Positions 13,978 through 27,230 of a DNA stretch of 64,000 bases are shown here, one piece after another. The stretch is from Raillietiella orientalis (Eukaryota). The position numbers were made by a program, and so were the translations under genes. The notes beneath the pieces were generated by a model. The model did not search any database and was not told the origin of the DNA. It saw nothing but the letters and a program-made list of their open reading frames with translations. Positions within the stretch are counted from its first letter, which is position 1. Each line of letters opens with the position of its first letter. The stretch is taken from positions 62,001 through 126,000 of the forward strand of contig JAYWIR010000095.1 in the NCBI GenBank assembly GCA_036172245.1, given 5' to 3'.

Positions 13978-16900
13978 AGCTCTTCAGCGGCCAGTAAGCG
14001 GCAGAAGAAGCTAAACCCCCTCCAAGGGGAGGAGGAGCACCTCGGTCCCGCATCGGAGCACATCGCACTCCCCCATCCCGCTCTGCATCCGAATGATGAC
14101 CGTTCCTCCATCCCCTCTTCCTCCTCTGCTCTTTTCCGGCATGGGAGAGATCCGCAGGCTCGGCACAGCATTCCCGGCTGCTGAGAGAGCTTAAAGAGGG
14201 AAGGGAGCAAGTGAAGGAGAGAGGACAAACGAGGGGGAGTTGCCTCCATCTTTGCTCAGGAGAGGCAAGATCCTTTGGGTCTCCACGGCGGCGTGACGAT
14301 ACGGAAGAATTCGCAAAGCTGCTGCCCAGTACCGGCACCAGAAGACCCTTTTGCTTGGCGTGGACCTCTCCGCTCCAACTGAGAGGTTCGGGGGCACAGG
14401 GAGGCAGAAGATGAGAGCGGAATTGCTAGGTGCCTGCCGTCAGTGGCGGCACGGGAGGCACCTGCCGGCCGCTGGGAGGGGGAAGAGGAGGAGGAGGCGA
14501 GATGCTTCTCTGCGCACGCGATCCAGACGGCCCAAGACAGAACGGGCGAGGAAGTCCTCACCCCCACCCCCACCCCCCACTTTCCCAGGAGAGGGAGAGC
14601 ACCATCCTGGATAGGCGAGAATCTCTTCGCGTCCACTCTTATGGATCAGATCATCCTCCGTCCCGTCATGCTCGACCCTCAACAGGTTCCGAGCACCGGA
14701 GCAGCTCTCGCTGGTGCGGAGGAGGAGCCAAAGAGCTGTGTTGCCATCTCGCCGGATGAACATGCTGCGGCTGCCGAAGACATCGTAAATTTTCGGCTGC
14801 CCCTTTTAATGGGCCTCATTGCAGACAATAAAAGGTGCGAAGGCTGGGCTTCCTTTGATCTTCCTGTGCACGCAGCCCCTCCGGCGGGTCCAAACGGATG
14901 CTCGCGCGCGTCCTTTTCTCTCCCTCCCCCCTTCCTTCTTTTCCTTTCCTCCTCCCTCTCCTCCTCTGTCGCATTTCTCCCTTCTTTTCTTTTACCTCCC
15001 CTTCTCGCGCTCCCTCCGGTCATCAGCGCCTCGCTGCCGATCCTCTGCAGTTCGTCCCACTCCTGACGACGTTCTCCACCGCTTCTGCGTCCCGGAAACG
15101 AGACCCCTACTGAGGAGCCGGTGGGGAAGGGGAATGGATTGCGCCGCAGCACCTGAACCAGTTGCACCGTCGATGTTAACACGCGTCCCCGCTGGTGCTC
15201 TTCTTGGACGGGGGGAACTGGTGAGGAAGAAAGGCATTTCTCCTCCTGGTGCGCTGGGTCATCGGGAAGGGAGCGGGAATCCCGGAAGGACGAGGTCTTC
15301 CTCTCCCATCCCGCTCGTCCAGACCCGTAAACATGTCGCGGATGGAAGCCCACCTGATGTCCGCTTCGTCAGCACGGCTTCCTTCTTGGCGACCCCTGGA
15401 GGGGTGCGGTCGGATGAGAAACTGCTCCGGGAGGCTGACGAGAACTGTTCGAAGATGCCGCGCGTGCTCCTTCTTGGTGACGAGGTTGTCCCGCCCCTAG
15501 AGGAGGAGGAAATTCCCTCGCCGGGAATCCCACAATCAGGGATTCCTCTTCCCTAAATCCTGTCGCCAGTGCTCGATGGTGAACATCCAGGAGGATCCTG
15601 AGAGGATCCTTGATAGACGCCTCCTGGCTTCAGCCGAGAGTCACGACCGGCGACCGCTTTCTTTCTCTTGCGGAGCGCATCCATCGCAAAGTACGCTAAA
15701 TAGAACGGGACGACGGACAAGGGAAGAGGCCAGGAGAGGCGACCGACGAAGGAAGCGCAGATCGCTGCCCAGGGAGATCCGGTGGCTGTCGCGTTTCCAA
15801 GAGACCCATCCATCACTCCTCCCAGTCCGCGTTTCATCCTCCATCCTCTAGCTGAGAGGTCTTCCGCCCCAGACTTCTCCTCCTCCTGATATCTTCCTGT
15901 GGTCCGCGGAGCTCTCCCGTGAAGCCTCGTTTTAGCGGCGAGGCTTTCTCGGTTCCTAGGCACCCCATCGAGCCCTCGCTGCACTCCGGGACAGTGTCCC
16001 ACTGGAACGTTCCGCAGAGGGGTGCTTCGAATCCTCATCCCGAAGAACGGCAACCTCATCCCGAAAGAGGCTCCCATTCTTGGAGGAAGGGAAGTTCCTT
16101 TCCTCCAAGAATTTTCCAGGAGGAAAATGTCGCACCGACGGAAGCGCTTCGTCACGAACTCCGCCCGCTCTCCTTTGATCACGGAGGAGGACATGGAGGT
16201 GCCGTCAGGAGTTCCTTCGAGAAGCGGAACAGACTTTCCCCGGGAAAAAAAGACGGGGACGCTAGACCGACGACCCTCCGCTTCTTACTCGAAAACTTTC
16301 CCATGTCCGTGCTGGATAGAAGAGCAGGCTACGAGATTCATCGAACCGGGATTGTCTCCAGTTGAAAACTTCCGGGAGCCCGAAATCCTTGACAGGACAC
16401 ATGAAGGGGGCAGGAGAAATGACGACAGCTGAAAGATTCAGGCGTACGCACCTTCAAGGCTAAGGAGCATTGGAAATCGTGAGCCAGAAGAGGTCCTGTG
16501 AAAGAAGGGAATCCCAGACCACGCTTGACAGGCTGGTCCTGTCCTCTCAACCCTCACCTTCTATTGCGGGAGTGAGCCGTATGTCCCCATCCCCATGAAA
16601 CCACCTCAGAGAAGGGTGGCTGTGCTATCCCCCATCAGTCTCTCCCGCGTGCTCGGTCTCTCGGTTCTTCTTCGTCTGGACCCTCCCTGAGGATGGAACG
16701 AACGGTTCGAGGACGGAAAGAAAGAAAGGAGAATAAGGAAGGCTGGGAATGCGGAGCTCTGGAAGCCGTCCACTTCCAACGCTTCCCGAAAGCCAGGAAC
16801 TCCTCAAGAATACCACCCTCACACCTGGTTGGAGGTTTCTCACGCTAGTGGGAAGATTTAAGACGGCACAAAGAGTAGGGAAGAAAAGGGGGGAGGACGT

Positions 16901-19499
16901 TTGCAGGGGACCAGCAGGGGCTGTGCGCAAACCCGCATCTCTGCTCGCCTTCGGGAGTAGTCTTCACTCCGAGCTGCGCCTGTTGGAGGTTCTGAAGACT
17001 CGGACACTCAGACTGCGCCGACGGCGGCCAGCGCCAAACCTCAGAAAAGTCAACCGCCTTCCAGACAGCAGGTTTCTCATGAAGAACTCTGTGTGCCTGA
17101 CTGGATTCTCTCACAATGGGAGACCTTCGAGAGTAATAATGGAGGGATCCTTCCAGGTCTGAGCCGATTCAACGTTCCCGAGGAGCATGCGGTTCTGTGG
17201 AAGGGTCCGATTCTTGCACTCAGTTCCTGCTGAGGTCATCTCTGAGCGGCGCACAGCGGGAGGAAGGAGTAATGGATGAGGACGAGAGGGAGAACGAAGA
17301 GGAGGGAAAGTAGGAAGAGGAAAGGAAGAGAATCGCTTGCAAAGGGGAGTCAGCGCGGAAGATCAGGAGGTCGTCCCCGCAAGCGAGCGCCGCCACTTCG
17401 AGCGCGCGTTCTAGTGGAGAGGAACCGCTACCTTCTAAACTTCTGTATCAAGATCTGCATCAAGGATCTTTTTTTTTTTGATGATTCCCTTCCAGATCGG
17501 GAAGGGGATCTTGAATATCGAGAAAATCATTGAAAAGGAAGAGATTAACTCTCCAGAAGAGACCAGGTCCTGGAGACAGACTGCCTGTGCCAGCAGTTCA
17601 TCTTGGTGGACGGCACCAGTTCTCCAGGAGAAGAAAAGGAAGGTCACGTAGAAGTATCCAGGAGTTTCAGTATCCAAAACTATCGTGAAGCTGCCACACC
17701 TCTTCCTTCCAGACCAGAAGGCTGCTCTTCAAGCTCAACCCCCCTTTCGCTTTTCCTATTCCTTTTCTTCTCTACAGGGGTTTTGTCTCTGAGATCTCCG
17801 TTCGGCGCCATGGATCCTCTGCCGGCATCTCTGGGAGCAGGACGATACCCCCTGCAGGGGTTTCTCCTAAGGGTAAAGGAGGAGGATTGCCTCGAACAAC
17901 CAAAACAAACTACAAGCAAGATGCCTCCTATAAAGAGAGAATTTCGGCCGCTGCTTTCCTACCCCGGATCCTTTCTCCTCCCTCTTCCCAGGTGAGACGA
18001 GTGAGAGATTGGCTCGCCCGACGATCCTCATCGCGGGATGGATGAAGCTCGGATCGGAATCGTCTGGCTTTTCCGCAAGAGGACTTCCTCTTCCATGGTA
18101 CCATCACAGGTCTGACTATCCCTACTTCAGTACTCATTCCTTGTACTCGACGTTCTCTCGAAATCTCCTCAACTTTCTTCCCCTCCCCCTCCATCAGTTC
18201 CCATGCTCTGGACAAGGTAAGTTTTCTCGATCCTCCTTTCTTTCCTCTCCCTTTATCTCCCTCTCCCTTCCTATTCTCCTTCTTCTTCGCTCCCGCCAGT
18301 CACCTCTCTTCCCCGGGAACCAAAACCCGATCTCAGGCACGCTAGGTGTCCGCCTCCGCGTGCACACTTCGCTATTACCGACGCGGTCTCTCCTCTCTGC
18401 ACCAACGGAGGCAAACACTGGAAAATTGGAGATGCAGCAGCACTAGCTGTAATGAAAAGTCGTCGTAAATCTGGGAGGAAGATGAGCAGAGATGACTCCA
18501 GATAAGGAGGAGCACGAGGCAAATAAAACGCAGACCCGTTTCGGTCGCCTTTTGAAACGAAGAGCGAGTGCTCTCGTGACGGTCGGATGCTCAAACACTC
18601 AGAAATGGCGCGATCAGCATGACTCCAAGGAAGAGGAAGAGGAGAACGCACTTTCTTTGTTATCTGGAACTCTGCAAAGATCGTCCTCAGAGGACGAGGC
18701 AAATCCCGCGGGCCTTTTTTGTTCCAGGGTTTGCAGTGAAGGAGGTTAGGGAGCCGAGATTTTCGTTGGGAACCGAGGCCGCGGGAAGGATGCGGATGGA
18801 CCTGCGGGTTAGGAAGGAAGCATCTCGCGAGGCTTCATGAGGAATCAAGGATGACGTGAAGCGGGAAGGCAGGAGAGAGCAAGGAACGGTGAAGGAGAAT
18901 TTGCAGTCCGAGTAGAGCGTGAAGAAAGCATCCCTGGCATTGCCGTCCCGGATCGGCCGTCGAGGTGAGACCAGAAGATGCACAGCACAGGGACGAGAGC
19001 GCCTTGGGTGGACCACCGCATCCACACAGAAAGTGGACGCAAAGAGACACGAAGCGCGGAAACGTGCTCCTCTCTCCCCTTCCGGCTCAAGAGGAGAGAG
19101 AGAGAAGCCGTCTCAGCTGCCGCCTAGAAGGGTCGCGGGAGCTGCAGTTCCCTCCTTTCCGTAACGAGCGGCACCGGAAGAACCGCACTCTTTTCCTCGT
19201 GTTCCCTGCGCAGCGGCAGGGAACGGCGATCTCTGACGGATCACCCTTCGATTGATAGCGGGTGGAGGCAAGCAAAAAGGATGAACAGATGGACAGCTGC
19301 CTCGATATTGCGGATGCAGCTCATGATCATGACTACCTTGGACGGTGAAAGTCCACGGTTCTTAGTCTAGGGCTAAGAAACCTTGGAGGTCTTCAGGGAG
19401 CGTAAAGGGTTTCTGAAGTGAGATTCCAACATATCATCTGGCTAGCTGAATGTTTCGCTTTCTAAGAACGATCAAGGACTAAAAGCAGTCCATCAGTAC

Positions 19500-20600
19500 C
19501 TCTTTCGATCCAAGGATTGATTTCTTTCCCAGCTTCCAAAATTCTGCAGCATCTGAAATTTTTTCCATTCAATTATGAGATGGCTTGAATTGATTTGATA
19601 AAAAATTGGAAAAAAAAGGAACTTTTCTCTATTCACTGCTGTTAAAGAACGTTGCAGATGGATTTTTACAAACCGGGATGTCATCATTAAAAGCCCGCTA
19701 CCAGAGACGCGGCTGGTCTCGTTGTTGTTGCTATGCCAAAGCATCTGTAACGGCTCATCGGAAAATAAAGATCTACATGAACGTTCATGTAGTCCCAATT
19801 TCTCTGTGATTGGATGGCTTCTGTTAAATTGCAATTTATCTTGCTCCAGAAGTGAAGCTAATTGCGATCTGAGAAGTTTTCTTCAGATCCTTTTCCGACC
19901 GTCTATTCATCGAGGAATGTCCATGGAGCAAGTTCGGTCTTTGGAAGTTTATTGCTAGCAGCAATGGCATTTAGGAGATCCTGGTCTCCTCTCATCTGAT
20001 CTTATCAAGAGAGACGCTTCTTCTTTCCAAGGAAATCAATTGACCCAGCTTCTGTGGAAATGTACTAAGCGGGGATTTCCTTTTAAAATGCTCTGTCGAT
20101 GCAGAGGAGAGTCCGCCTGGACTTTCATTTCGCGAAGTTTTTCCGTCTTTCATCATCTCGAAACCTTTCCATGGATTGTTGTGATTATCATTTATCGACT
20201 GTTGGCACTTCAAGGATGAGAGAGGAAAGTTGGAATGCTGGATATCGTCAAGCGGCGTTTCGATGAGGAATAGAGAACTGAGCTTTGGAGGAGTTAGCGA
20301 ATCTGGACGTTTTGAGAGAATGAAACGAAGTAATACTCCGTTCGTTCTGATCACATCCATCTTCCATCTAGATGTGGTCGATGGGTTCCAGATGATGTTG
20401 GATCTAGGAGCTCTGCCCCGCCGGAACCATAGCAGCGCACTTTGTGAGGTACTGACTTCGGTTGGAAGGGTTCTTTCTTATTCTTTTCGTTTTCTTGCGG
20501 TCAATACCTTCGTTTCCTGAGAGCAAACCAAATCCTCTTCCTAGGTTCATCGTTGTCTCTTATGCCGCGAGGCATTTAAAGTGTTGGAACACTCGGAAAG
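19500..20600 (-). mobile_element. Decayed LINE fragment: APE start followed by RT N-terminal part
   Basis: TLNA(RGIRD)...DLVCSQETK at ~20590-20500, MKDGK..SPG...EHFK at ~20150-20080, and KDL....AIS near 19880. Confidence 0.55.
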
Positions 20601-21039
20601 CATATCCCGAGATTCTCTCAACCCACGCCAACATCTGGGATAAGGTCGAAACGAAAAACAATGACCTGAAAAGGAAAGTGGTTAGGAAAAGGAATCCAGC
20701 TTCATGGATGAAGATTGGATGCTGGATGTTGGAGCCGGATGCTGAAATTTCTTGCACACATGTCTTTTGACGGAACCCTGAAAGGTTCTTTGGCAGTCAT
20801 TCTGGGGAAGCAGCTCAGCTTGGTACTGCACTCAGTCCCAAGGTGAGTATGCCAAAAGAAAACCATAAGAACTAGTTCTCCTGGTTTATCCAATCGTTGC
20901 ACGTTTTGTATGGGTTCGTGATTTGCCTGCATTTTGTACACAAAAATGGAATGGGTAATAGAGTGCTGATGAATTTAAGTATTGCTGATTAAAGATTGAA
21001 AAAACATCATTTTCCCAATCCTACACGTGGTGGGATAGA

Positions 21040-21560
21040 TTACTGAAAGCAAACATTTTCAGTATACATTAGTTTGTGCACTTCCTTTTCACTGCCTGAT
21101 ACAACGAAGTCAGTGGTGATCAGTACCAGGGGGTGTATACTTACTTCTTCACCTTCGAAAAGTTTGTCCGGGATTCCTGTTCTGGTTTTCTTCCCCCTTT
21201 CGCCCGCAACCTCGGAATTAGCTAGTCTCAGATCAATCTCCGGTAGATGAGCATGTGGAGTTGAGTCTTTCTTTCTCTCCATGCCTTGTAGTTTGTCCTG
21301 AGGACAGGCAGGAGCCCTGCTCCGTCTGAAAGTTATTCTCGAATTGGCTCTTGCGTTAATTAGACTTCCTTCAGGGAAAATTTCAAATGACATTCTCTCT
21401 GAGGAAAGATTTAATACAAAAAGAGATTGGAGCAAGGATGAATGCCTTCGCGAAATCAGGGTTTGTCACATGAACGTGAAATATAGATGAATTCTTCACT
21501 TTTCGCAAGCGTTCTTTTAAGTCCAAACACAGTAGCGATTTATCCAGGAAGTTGCGTCTT
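21040..21560 (-). mobile_element. Decayed LINE RT core fragment
   Basis: LLCLDLKE..RKV (LDxxKAFDxV-like), LINAR, and QGSCLS at ~21300-21318, in the expected order. Confidence 0.5.
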
Positions 21561-21649
21561 TTTAAAGCTCCTCCTGCTATCCCTCCCCCACCCCCAAGGG
21601 AATGCCGGCTCCTCCAAAGAAGCAACGTTGTATTGTTCAGGAAGGTCGT

Positions 21650-21855
21650 CGGCTCATCACCGTGTCGCTGGCTCGTCATGGTATCGGGTCATCTCCGCGT
21701 CTTCGTCAGATCACGTTGTCGTTGCCTGACTCGAGGAGGGAGGTTGATTTCTACGGCGTCGTCTCATCTTCGGGTCTCTGGCTCATTTCCCGGTCGTTGA
21801 CCGATCACCGCGGCGACGGCTCATCACCTTGCCGATGGATGATCGTCGTGTCGGC
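21650..21855. repeat. Imperfect GC-rich repeat block
   Basis: CGGCTCATCACC(G/T)TG(T/C)CG(C/A)TGG occurs at ~21651 and ~21817, with related TCATC/TCGTC units between them. Confidence 0.6.
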
Positions 21856-23599
21856 TTTTTTGACCCGTTCGGGTCTTCGGTTCCACTGGGGCAGGAGTCC
21901 TGCTCCAGTGGCAGTCTCATGCCCCGCAGAATACTTAATCATTCAACATTAGAAAGTCATCCTGAATTTTCGGCGACAGTTCGATTTACAAACTGTTTCC
22001 AAACTGCTCTGAAGTGTTGCGTGCCCTTCCGTGTGTCTGCAAACCGTCCTGCGTAAAACCTTCTGTCATCAGTGTCTCTTCTTTGTATGCTTTCTTTCGT
22101 ACTGGTTTTCCTACAAAGAACCATGCTTTTGGGGGAGATTGTTCCAGAGTTCACGAGTTCTGTGGGCCACCACATGTCCTTGCATCCTTTGTTTTCAGTG
22201 AAACGGTCGCATCTCGTTGCAGTTGTCATTCGTCGCAAACTGCTCTCAATGCCATATAGCCGTTTCAGACCTTTGAACCAATTTTTCAACGCCCCATGGT
22301 AGGGAACAGAGACCCCTAGAACCAGCTCCTCTTCCCATCTCTTCTTGGAGAACCATCTTCAGAACGACATTGATTACCAAGATAGGAATATTGTTTTCTT
22401 GGCCAAAGTGGGATCTAACTTGGATACACTGACCAGTTTTCTCTCTAGGAATGGCATGAGATCTCTCGAACTGTTCGTTAGTTTTGAGTAGATCCTGTGG
22501 GTAGCGCGAGGTCATTTGTACCATCTAGTTCTTTGTAGAAGTTGAAACCCATCCAGAAACTTGACTGAATATTTCATTTTCTTTATTTCAGTGCCTCTTT
22601 CTTATCGCTGCCTGTACAAGTATTTTATCTTTACTCTAGGATTGAACCGTTAACAGGCTAATCTTCGCATGCCTGGAAGTTATTTTTTGGAGCTCATAGT
22701 GTTTCATGGATATGGAATTTCAGGGACAAAATCGTCAAATAGAAGTTCTGGACCGTTCCCTGTATCCGGGTGCTTGATCAGGATTTATTTTCTCATGGTA
22801 GACCATGCAGGGTCGCCACCAATCTGGTTTGCAGGCGATCCACCACTGAAAATTCTCCCGCGGTTCAAACGGTGATGAGTGAAATTCCTCTGGTCAGGGG
22901 TATGAGTTTCTGGGCATGATTTTTAGATCCAGCGCAAATTCCATCGAGTTGGGAGCTTTCGGAAGTGCTCTTTGATTTGCCTCCTTCTTCAACAGGAACA
23001 GAAGAACGTCGACGTACTCCAAGAGTCCGGGGGTCTAGTCATTCACTCGGGAACTTTTCCAACGACTACCATGGCTGATTAAGTACGTCTCGGCTTCCAT
23101 ATGGGAAACGAGTAATCGAATGTCCCTTTTCGTTCACAAGTCGCTTTTCTTTTCACTCCTGACAGGAATGGCGAGGAAGGCTTCTTCCATTACTGTCTTG
23201 ACGTGTTCTCAGAATGTAGGATAACTTCTGGAAGTTAAGAGAAAAGAGTGCGGATAAAATAGCTCAGGAATGAATAAGCAATTTAAGAAACAAAATAATT
23301 GCATCTTTGTTTTCGGCAGTTCTCCTCCTGCCACGTGGGTTTAAAGAGCGCGTACGTCTCTAGAACAACCGCCTGAGGTCTCTACATGCTCTCTCCACTC
23401 CATTGGCATGCCCCAATGAAGTCGTTTTGAGCCTTTGATGGCTGCCGTTTTGTTTCAAAATGCGCCGATCTCAATGTTCAAACGATAGTACAAAGAGACA
23501 CGTAAAAATCAGGCACGAAATGACTTTAATACCAACGATACAGAGATCAGGTCATGGGGGAAGTGCCTTACAGAGACAGTGCTCAAAGTTTCAACTCTT

Positions 23600-24400
23600 A
23601 AACAACTTGAACAATTTAACTCGGTAACTGCCACGTCCACACGGCAGTCTTAGGAATTTACACGAAATAGATCCGAATGCGAAAGGTTCTTCTCGGATAG
23701 AAAAGTCCTCGTGAACCACACACAATGGCACATAAAAGAAGAATGGAAGAAAACAGACTAAAGAAAAATTCCGACTACCTCTTAGGACTCCTAGAAAAAT
23801 CATTCCTCCCAAATACAGTCTTCAGTTCAAGACATATTAACCGATGAACGCGTCTCAGAAAGAAAGAATGCATGCAAAGTATATTATAAGATTATTCTGA
23901 ACCTCCTAAATGTAAAAGCTAAATTTTCCCACTGGGCATGAGACACAAGCTTGAAATCTACGGGATGTCTTGCACAACTTCCTAGAGACTGGACCGGAGA
24001 AGGATGGATTCGATTGTAACCATATGGAAAAATGAGGTACAGTGATGCTTTTAAGAGAAATGGAGAATCTCTTCAGATGGAATGGTACGAACCTAGCAGC
24101 TCCATTGAACATCAGATGTACATTTTATTATGGCCCTGACTGTTAGTAGATATGAATCGATCTCCGGAGGAAAGCCATGTGGTTCATCAAGGAATGTAAC
24201 CCATTTCCAGACTGGATGGTAGTAAGGACCGCCACGGTTCCATGAGAGTTGGAATAGGAAGCTCTAGGAGGAGAACTGCAAAAAAAAAAGGTATCCCGGA
24301 GTAACTTTCAGAAGAAAGAATCAGATTGCGGAAGATTCAAAAATCCAATGATCACTGCTGGGAAGCCCTCGAGAGTGAAGTTCCTTAGCTAGTGAGAAAG
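23600..24400 (-). mobile_element. Decayed CR1/L2-like LINE fragment (APE and RT motifs)
   Basis: VIIGFLNLP (GDFNLP-like), PHGF, VDFKLVSH and LGVLRGS (GVPQGS-like), all in order. Confidence 0.45.
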
Positions 24401-24699
24401 GTTCTCTACGTTGTCGATATAAAACCTCCTAGGATACGAATCCTCAAGAAACGGGTTCATTTGATGAATGGATACGAAAATACAGAGGCAGTATAGGATC
24501 AACTGGAGAAGGGCTATGCAAGCCATAATTGGATCGACAAATCCCCACTGTATTTTCTCTATCTTGGAATATTCTACCGCCACATCCGAACAAACTGCTG
24601 ATAATAATGTTTTATTATAAGAGGACATGATAGCTGAAAGAAGTGAGCTGTCTCTCTGAACGATTTCACATCATTCGAAAAATAGATGAAGCTGCTGTG

Positions 24700-27230
24700 A
24701 TCCAGAAATGGAGTTTGTGGATTCTAGATCCCTAAGCAAAAATTCTACAGTGCCATCTTCAACATCTACCTACTGGTGAAGCACATTTCGTGGCATTCTT
24801 CTACTAAAGAAATCTGCGACGCCCAATGGACTTTCGAACTGGAGGCCGATTTCCACAGACGACTCTACGTGTCGTTTGTATGCGAAATTCATATCACGTA
24901 GAGTTCATTAGGGGGTCATCAGTATGATACTTTTTCACCATAACAAATAGGATTCTTGTAACTTGGTGGGGTCCCTGGGCAGTATTTTATTCTTCAAACA
25001 AGACGCTAGACGAAACCAGGAGACGCTCGTGAACATTTGTTACGCCTTTATAAGATTTGAACGATGCAAGGCGTTTTGCGAAAAGTGAGAGTTTGATATG
25101 CCTGAAAGTGGGAAGCTGTCGCCGTTCTTACACGTCTGTTAAGTCAATTTCTCAAAAATCACCCAAAACATTAGAGTCTCCGCAGAGTCAAGTCAAGGCG
25201 TCTTTTGAACTTCCTACTACTGATCCTAATATCAACCCACTTCTACGGAAACTGAAAAAAATCTTTGGGAAGATATTCTTTTGGACTTATGCAAATGATT
25301 CAATTATCTTTAGTCGGAGTGGGAATCAAGATCAAGCTCCAGCGTATGTCGAAGCTTGAGCTGTGTGCTCTCCATCAACCCGAATGAATGGACCTCCTTC
25401 CATGTAATCAGTCCCATGTCCCCCGAAGGGGCCCAGAAGACCAGATTTAAATCAAAGGTGGCAACATTGCTGTCCTAAAAACTTATGATACACATGGTAA
25501 AACTGTTTGGTATTAGCTCATTTTAATCGAGGATGAGGTTGTTTCAAGCCCTCAGGATGCTTTGCCCGAGCAGTCAGCATTTTGTAATGCAGACCGCTTT
25601 CTCTTTCGCATGGGTCATGCCCTACGAGCAGTTTCTTTTCCCCAGTCTAGCTCACTTCCAGATGAGCCCTTCACACAAATCTGCGTTCGACAAATTGTCA
25701 AGAAATGTTAAGCCAAAACAGGTTAGGAAACGAATGGTTATATGGCGACTGCTACAAGCGATGTCTTCGTCCCGAGGCGTTCACGTCCGACGGCATATCT
25801 GGAAAGATGACCAAGCCAAGCAATGACGTAGGCAGTATATGGACAGCAGGTCACTAAGCATTCGGGCGAATCCGAGAGCTCCTAACCTTTGAAGATGGAG
25901 GACCAAAAATAGCAATTGGATAATTCGGTTTCGATATGAGGCGCAGATGTACCTGTAGCCAACGCATACTCTGGAGCAGCAAGGACATTGTGCCCTTCGT
26001 CGAAAAGTCCCCGGAACAGAAAAAAGGGCATGTCCCTAAGTTGGATAACACCGAGCTTGTAGGCACTCTGTTCTTATACTGCGGCTCACCTGCTATTCTT
26101 CAGCTATTTCATGCACTCTATCAAACCTACCAACCGCCCGAGAGCAGCCCACAAGAAGCGATGTGGATCGAATAGGCAGGATGAGCTCTATGTGGCACAC
26201 ATTCTCAATTACTTTGTGAGGAATTCCAGCTTCAGTGCCAGGAGACATTACCATCTGTTCAGCCTCACCAAGAAAACAAAACAAGGAGTACGGAGGCTGC
26301 TGGTCTCAAGCGCCCAATCCCAAGAGACGAGCTGAAACTATTCCTAAAGAAAGCTAAGATCGTCTCACTATACTCAATATTCCCTGAACGCATGAGAAGA
26401 TTATGAGAACGCAGCAGCAACATTCGAAGAAGCACAACTGTTTCAGAAGAGTATCGGCTTCGGTAAGAGAAGCAGTGATCGCATCATGGGAAACCTAAGA
26501 CGCGAGGATCCACGAAGTGCTCAGAAAACTCAGAATCCACCGCACGCAGTCAGGAAGCATCGAGAAGAGGATGACCAGCACCAACATTCGGTATAGCTAG
26601 GACTGGAGGCGCATCTTAGGTCACCGACCAGGATGAACAGCTATTAGAACGCCTCTGGAAAATTACGAGCCTGGTGGAAATCCTGAACAGTCCTTCGAAG
26701 ATGGCACCGAAACCGAAGTGCCGCTGTTCCATATCCTTCCATATCCTCAGTCAACACGAGAACTAGAGTTCTCGTCTTACCTCTCGAAATGTAAAAGCAT
26801 CCAGTACCAGAAAGTCCTCCTAGAAATGTCGTTCCATATAGAGGATTTGTTGGGGAAAATCTCCAGATTCATTGCAGTTCTGCCTAAAGCTTGCTACAGA
26901 TGACGAATCCATGGGAATCTGGAGACTGCATTATTTGTTGTGAGTGCACGAGGTCTCGTGTGCTCGAATTCCCTGAATAGGGTCCTCACTCGTCCAGCCA
27001 GCGAATTCGATCAGAAGGCGTGCAAGACGCCATTTTCTGGATCACGGGTGGGAAGCACGAGAACCCGACCGCTCTCAATGAGTCCTTCCTCGCGGAAGAC
27101 AATGCTGATGCTTATTTGAAAAGTCTTCACCTAAGTGGACGCTGCATAATTCCGTGCAGCGGACATGCAATCTAATTGCCTGTTGTGATGCTGCGCGCTG
27201 GCCGTCCGGCGCGCCAATACGCTGCCGAGA
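24700..27230 (+). mobile_element. Decayed non-LTR retrotransposon, RT through C-terminal Cys/His region
   Basis: LLLKKSATPNGLSNWRPISTDDSTCRLYAKFISRR (NWRPIS from 24837), QIGF, SQG, INPLLRKL...TYAND (YADD-like, ~25288) and a degenerate ET..H..C near 26920. Motifs are in the correct order with many stops and frameshifts. Confidence 0.7.
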
